A DNA stretch of 22,042 nucleotides from Candidatus Latescibacterota bacterium (GTDB lineage Bacteria > Latescibacterota > UBA2968 > GCA-2709665): assembly GCA_963662665.2 (NCBI GenBank), contig CAXXJS010000064.1:1-22042 (forward strand), read 5' to 3'. Position numbers and translations under genes: made by a program. Below the pieces are notes generated by a model that saw nothing but the letters and a program-made list of their open reading frames with translations, searched no databases and was not told the origin of the DNA. Positions within the stretch are counted from its first letter, which is position 1, and the number at the start of each line of letters is the position of its first letter. Positions 18,809 to 22,042 of the stretch are shown here, in pieces.

Positions 18809-19213
18809 TTACGCCTGTTCCAGTTCGACAAGCGTTCCGCAAAAATCCTTGGGGTGAAGGAAAAGCACAGGTTTTCCGTGGGCGCCGATCCGGGGTTCGC
18901 CGTCCCCGAGAACGCGGGCGCCCTTTGCCGCGAGATGATCTCGTGCCGCAATGATGTCGTCGACCTCATAGCACACGTGATGGATGCCACCCGTGGCATT
19001 TCGCTCGAGAAATCCAGCGACCGGTGAGTCGTCGCCGAGAGGGTGCAGGAGCTCGATCTTGGTATTCGGCAGCTCGACGAAGATCACAGTGACGCCGTGC
19101 TGGGGAAGATCCTGCGGCTCCGAAACCCGTGCTCCCAAAACGTCACGGTACTGACCAGCCGCGGCTTCCAGGTCGGGTACGGCAATGGCAATGTGGTTAA
19201 GGCGATCAATCAT
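18809..19213 (-). CDS. mce: Methylmalonyl-CoA epimerase
   Basis: 134-aa VOC fold; RLNHIAIAVPDL, HGVTV.F, KIELL.PLG, GGIHHVCYEVDDI, GAHGKPVLFLHPKDFCGTLVELEQ. Confidence 0.96.
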   Translation of the reverse strand: MIDRLNHIAIAVPDLEAAAGQYRDVLGARVSEPQDLPQHGVTVIFVELPNTKIELLHPLGDDSPVAGFLERNATGGIHHVCYEVDDIIAARDHLAAKGARVLGDGEPRIGAHGKPVLFLHPKDFCGTLVELEQA

Positions 19214-19257
19214 GGCGTCCTGGAGATCCGTGGCTTCCTATCGATGGGACTCTGCAT
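19210..19257 (-). CDS. Putative 15-aa mini-ORF (MQSPIDRKPRISRTP) between rnj and mce
   Basis: AGGGAGGTGGAC-ATG directly after the rnj stop; its TGA overlaps the mce ATG (ATGA). No homology evidence. Confidence 0.35.
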   Translation of the reverse strand: MQSPIDRKPRISRTP

Positions 19258-19269
19258 GTCCACCTCCCT

Positions 19270-20943
19270 TCATATGGCGTCCAGTCGAATGATATCCACT
19301 TCGATCGGCGGCCGGCCGTAGGTCAGAGGCTTGAGCATGCGCCGTACCGTACGGCGAACCAGATCATCGATGGCATCGTCATCCGCGCGGCGGGCGCGCG
19401 GCAAGGCGCGCAGCTCCTGATCCAATTGCGAGGTCGCATCAGATTCGAAATTGGCGTCTTCCGTCCCGGGCACGCCACGTACGAGGATCCGCGGTTGCGT
19501 TTCAATCAGTCCGTTGGAGTTCAGTACAATAGTGACGGCGATAAGCCCATTGAACATCAGCCGTCGGCGCATCTGCAGATTGCTCGAATCCTCAGCCACG
19601 AGCTTGCGTCCATCGAGTGCCAATCGGCCTGCCGGCACGCGACCGACGATAGCCCCAGGGATCGGACTCAGGCGCAGTACATCGCCGTTCCGAACAACCA
19701 CGGAATTCTTCGCACCGTTGTCCAAGGCAAACTGCGCATGCTCTGTCAAGTGGCGGATTTCGCCATGAACGGGGACAGCCAGTTCTGGGCGTATCCAGGA
19801 GTACATCTCACAGAGTTCGCCCCTTGAGGGATGGCCTGAGGTGTGCACCGGGTAGTCCTTTTCAGTGATCACACCGACGCCCGATAAGATAAGTCGGTTT
19901 TGCACCCGGTCGATGGACCGCTCGTTCCCTGGAATGATCTTCGAGGAAAAGATCACGAGATCCCCTACCTCCAATTGAATATGCGGATGGTCGCCGAACG
20001 CAATTCTCGACATAGCGCCGCGTGGCTCGCCCTGGCAGCCGGTGCACAACAGCAAGGTTTTGTCCGGCGGCAAATAACCGGCATCCCTATCGGTGAGGAA
20101 CTCCATACCCGGACCCAGATATCCGGTCGCACACGCGGCCTGCACCGTCCGCCACATCGAGCGGCCGACCAGGATCACATGCCGATCACATGCCTCGGCG
20201 ACGGCCAGGACGGATTTGATCCGGGCCACGTTGGACGCGAACGTGGTGACTGCGACACGTCCTTCCGCCTTGGCGACGATGTCTTCCACGTTTTCCCGAA
20301 CGGTCCGTTCAGAACCTGAGTTGCCGGGTCGGAACACGTTGGTCGAGTCACAGACCAGCGCCAGCACGCCACTGTCTCCGAGTGCTCGGAACGGCGCCGC
20401 ATCCGTCGCATTGCCGACGACGGGAACTGGATCCAGTTTCCAATCACCCGTGTGAACGACGGTTCCGACGGGTGTCTTGATGCTCAGCGAATGAGCTTCG
20501 GGAATCGAGTGGGTGATGGGAACGTACCGCACGTCGAAGTCCCCAAGGGTTACCGAGCCGGAAACGGGAACGACGTTGAGAGTTACGTCGCCCGAAAGAC
20601 TGGCTTCCTCGAGTTTTCCCGCGATCAGAGTCGAGGTGAACGGCGTGGCGTAGACGGGACATCTCAGCCGGGGCCAAAGATAAGGAATGGCACCGATGTG
20701 ATCTTCGTGAGCGTGGGTCAGAAGCAGACCCAGCAGATTCTCCGATCGTTCTTCAATAAACCGAGGATCGGGAAGAATGACGTCGACACCGGGCATGGAA
20801 TCATCGGCGAACGCAATGCCACAGTCGACCATGATCCATTTCCCGCCGAACCCATACAGGTTGAGGTTCATACCGATTTCGCCCGCCCCTCCCAGGGGCA
20901 GAAATACCAACTCGTCGCGAAGCGCCTGTTCTGGATGCGTCAC
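19270..20943 (-). CDS. rnj: Ribonuclease J
   Basis: PLGGAGEIGMN, THAHEDHIGA, HSIPE, HTGDWK, DSTN, FASNVAR, TGCQGEP, IPGNE, HTSGH, PVHGE; 557 aa; GTG start. Confidence 0.96.
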   Translation of the reverse strand: MTHPEQALRDELVFLPLGGAGEIGMNLNLYGFGGKWIMVDCGIAFADDSMPGVDVILPDPRFIEERSENLLGLLLTHAHEDHIGAIPYLWPRLRCPVYATPFTSTLIAGKLEEASLSGDVTLNVVPVSGSVTLGDFDVRYVPITHSIPEAHSLSIKTPVGTVVHTGDWKLDPVPVVGNATDAAPFRALGDSGVLALVCDSTNVFRPGNSGSERTVRENVEDIVAKAEGRVAVTTFASNVARIKSVLAVAEACDRHVILVGRSMWRTVQAACATGYLGPGMEFLTDRDAGYLPPDKTLLLCTGCQGEPRGAMSRIAFGDHPHIQLEVGDLVIFSSKIIPGNERSIDRVQNRLILSGVGVITEKDYPVHTSGHPSRGELCEMYSWIRPELAVPVHGEIRHLTEHAQFALDNGAKNSVVVRNGDVLRLSPIPGAIVGRVPAGRLALDGRKLVAEDSSNLQMRRRLMFNGLIAVTIVLNSNGLIETQPRILVRGVPGTEDANFESDATSQLDQELRALPRARRADDDAIDDLVRRTVRRMLKPLTYGRPPIEVDIIRLDAI

Positions 20944-20951
20944 GCGATGCT

Positions 20952-21729
20952 CTAGGAATTACGTTTGTGCAGCAACTGCAGGCCTCGGATCGTGAGGTCC
21001 GAATCCACGTGTTCGATCACATCCGTCCCACCTGCGAACAATGGCGCCAACCCGCCGGTGGCGATGACTTTCATCTCCGAGGTGTTGGTCTCCGAGAACT
21101 CCTCCCGTATCCGGCTAACAATGCCCTCGATCAAACTGATATAGCCCCAATAAACGCCGGACTGCATGGCCTCCAAAGTTCCGTCGCCAACCACACGGGG
21201 TGGTCTTTCAACCGCGATGTGGGGCAGTTTTGCGGCCGCCATATGGAGCGCTTCGAGACTTAGGTGCACTCCGGGCGCAATCACACCACCCCGGTAGTCT
21301 CCGTTGGCATCGGCGACATCGAACGTCGTGGCCGTTCCGAAATCAACGGCGATCAAGGGACCGCCATACCTGTCGCCTGCCGCGACTGCATTCACTAGAC
21401 GGTCGGCGCCTACCTCGGTCGAACGCTCAAGGAGAACCTTGATTCCTAATTCAACGCCTTCTCCCACCACCAAAGGCTCGCACCCGAAAATAGTCGCGGC
21501 ACAACTTGCGCAGATCGTAGAGAGCCTGGGGCACGACGGTGGAAATGATTGCTTCGTCGACGTCGGACGAAGGGATTTGCTCCAGGTCCATCAACTGCGT
21601 CAGCCATACCACGTATTCATCCGCCGTGCGCGATGCGGTGGTCACCGTACGCCACTGGCAGCGGATGTCCTCACCCTCGATCACAGCGAAGACTGTGTTG
21701 GTGTTACCTGCGTCAATGGCTAGCAGCAC
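20952..21729 (-). CDS. coaX: Type III pantothenate kinase, split by a 1-nt frameshift
   Basis: N-half [22 protein letters not shown] (ORF 21451-21729) and C-half [38 protein letters not shown] (ORF 20952-21473). Removing one T at 21487-21490 joins them as ...[14 protein letters not shown]..., 258 aa. Confidence 0.93.
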
Positions 21730-21757
21730 GGTCCATCACCCATTGCCTGTCGCACAT

Positions 21758-22042
21758 CTACGGCCCGACGAATACCTCACCGGCGGAAATGATCTGCCGT
21801 CCATGTGACGTGAGCAGAACGAGAGAGCCGGAGGTATCAAGGGCGTCGAATGTACCGCTCAGCATCTCGTTGGGAAGCCGCACTTCGATGGCCTCTCCGA
21901 GACCCGCCGCCCTCCCCAGCCAAGCCTCGCGGATCGGTTCGAATCCGTCTCTCTGCCAGAGAGCAAACCACGACCACAATGATTGCGCATACGCTGTCAG
22001 GACGTCGACAACGGACAGTTCCGCCCCCGCTTGGTTCAGGCT
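21758..22042 (-). CDS. birA: Biotin--[acetyl-CoA-carboxylase] ligase, 3' part (runs off window edge)
   Basis: Open from the window end: SLNQAGAELSVVDVLTAYAQSL...GFEPIREAWLGRAAGLGEAIEV...GTFDALDTSGSLVL...ISAGEV, a typical BirA C-terminal domain; birA-coaX-rnj order. Confidence 0.9.
   Translation of the reverse strand, partial: SLNQAGAELSVVDVLTAYAQSLWSWFALWQRDGFEPIREAWLGRAAGLGEAIEVRLPNEMLSGTFDALDTSGSLVLLTSHGRQIISAGEVFVGP

Noticed and set aside
1-22042. Mobile elements, CRISPR arrays, defence or other novel multi-gene systems
   Set aside because: Nearly all bases belong to recognisable housekeeping genes in conserved order; no repeat arrays, recombinases or sizeable orphan ORFs were seen.

Overview
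A GC-rich alphaproteobacterial (Rhodospirillales-like, inferred from gene order and protein features) housekeeping region, almost all on the minus strand. In transcription order: birA (partial), coaX, rnj, mce, DUF1467-like gene, [NCS2/AzgA purine permease, + strand], proS, lolC/E, lolD, dnaE, rpsB, tsf, pyrH, frr, uppS, cdsA, dxr, rseP, bamA, ompH/skp (partial). I see no mobile element, CRISPR array, rRNA or tRNA, and no novel multi-gene system. The interesting signals are small and mostly non-coding. (1) A multi-stem leader in front of the purine permease pairs over its ribosome-binding site and has an alternative fold; it is a riboswitch-like candidate that matches no class I recognise. (2) A perfect alphaproteobacterial LexA box plus two inverted repeats lie upstream of the replicative dnaE. 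(3) A 15-codon ORF with a strong SD bridges rnj and mce. (4) There is an S2-type rpsB leader with a clear promoter. (5) Two single-base frameshifts (coaX and the permease) fall on slippery-looking motifs but are most probably homopolymer sequencing errors. All pairings were read by eye; no folding or database search was run.
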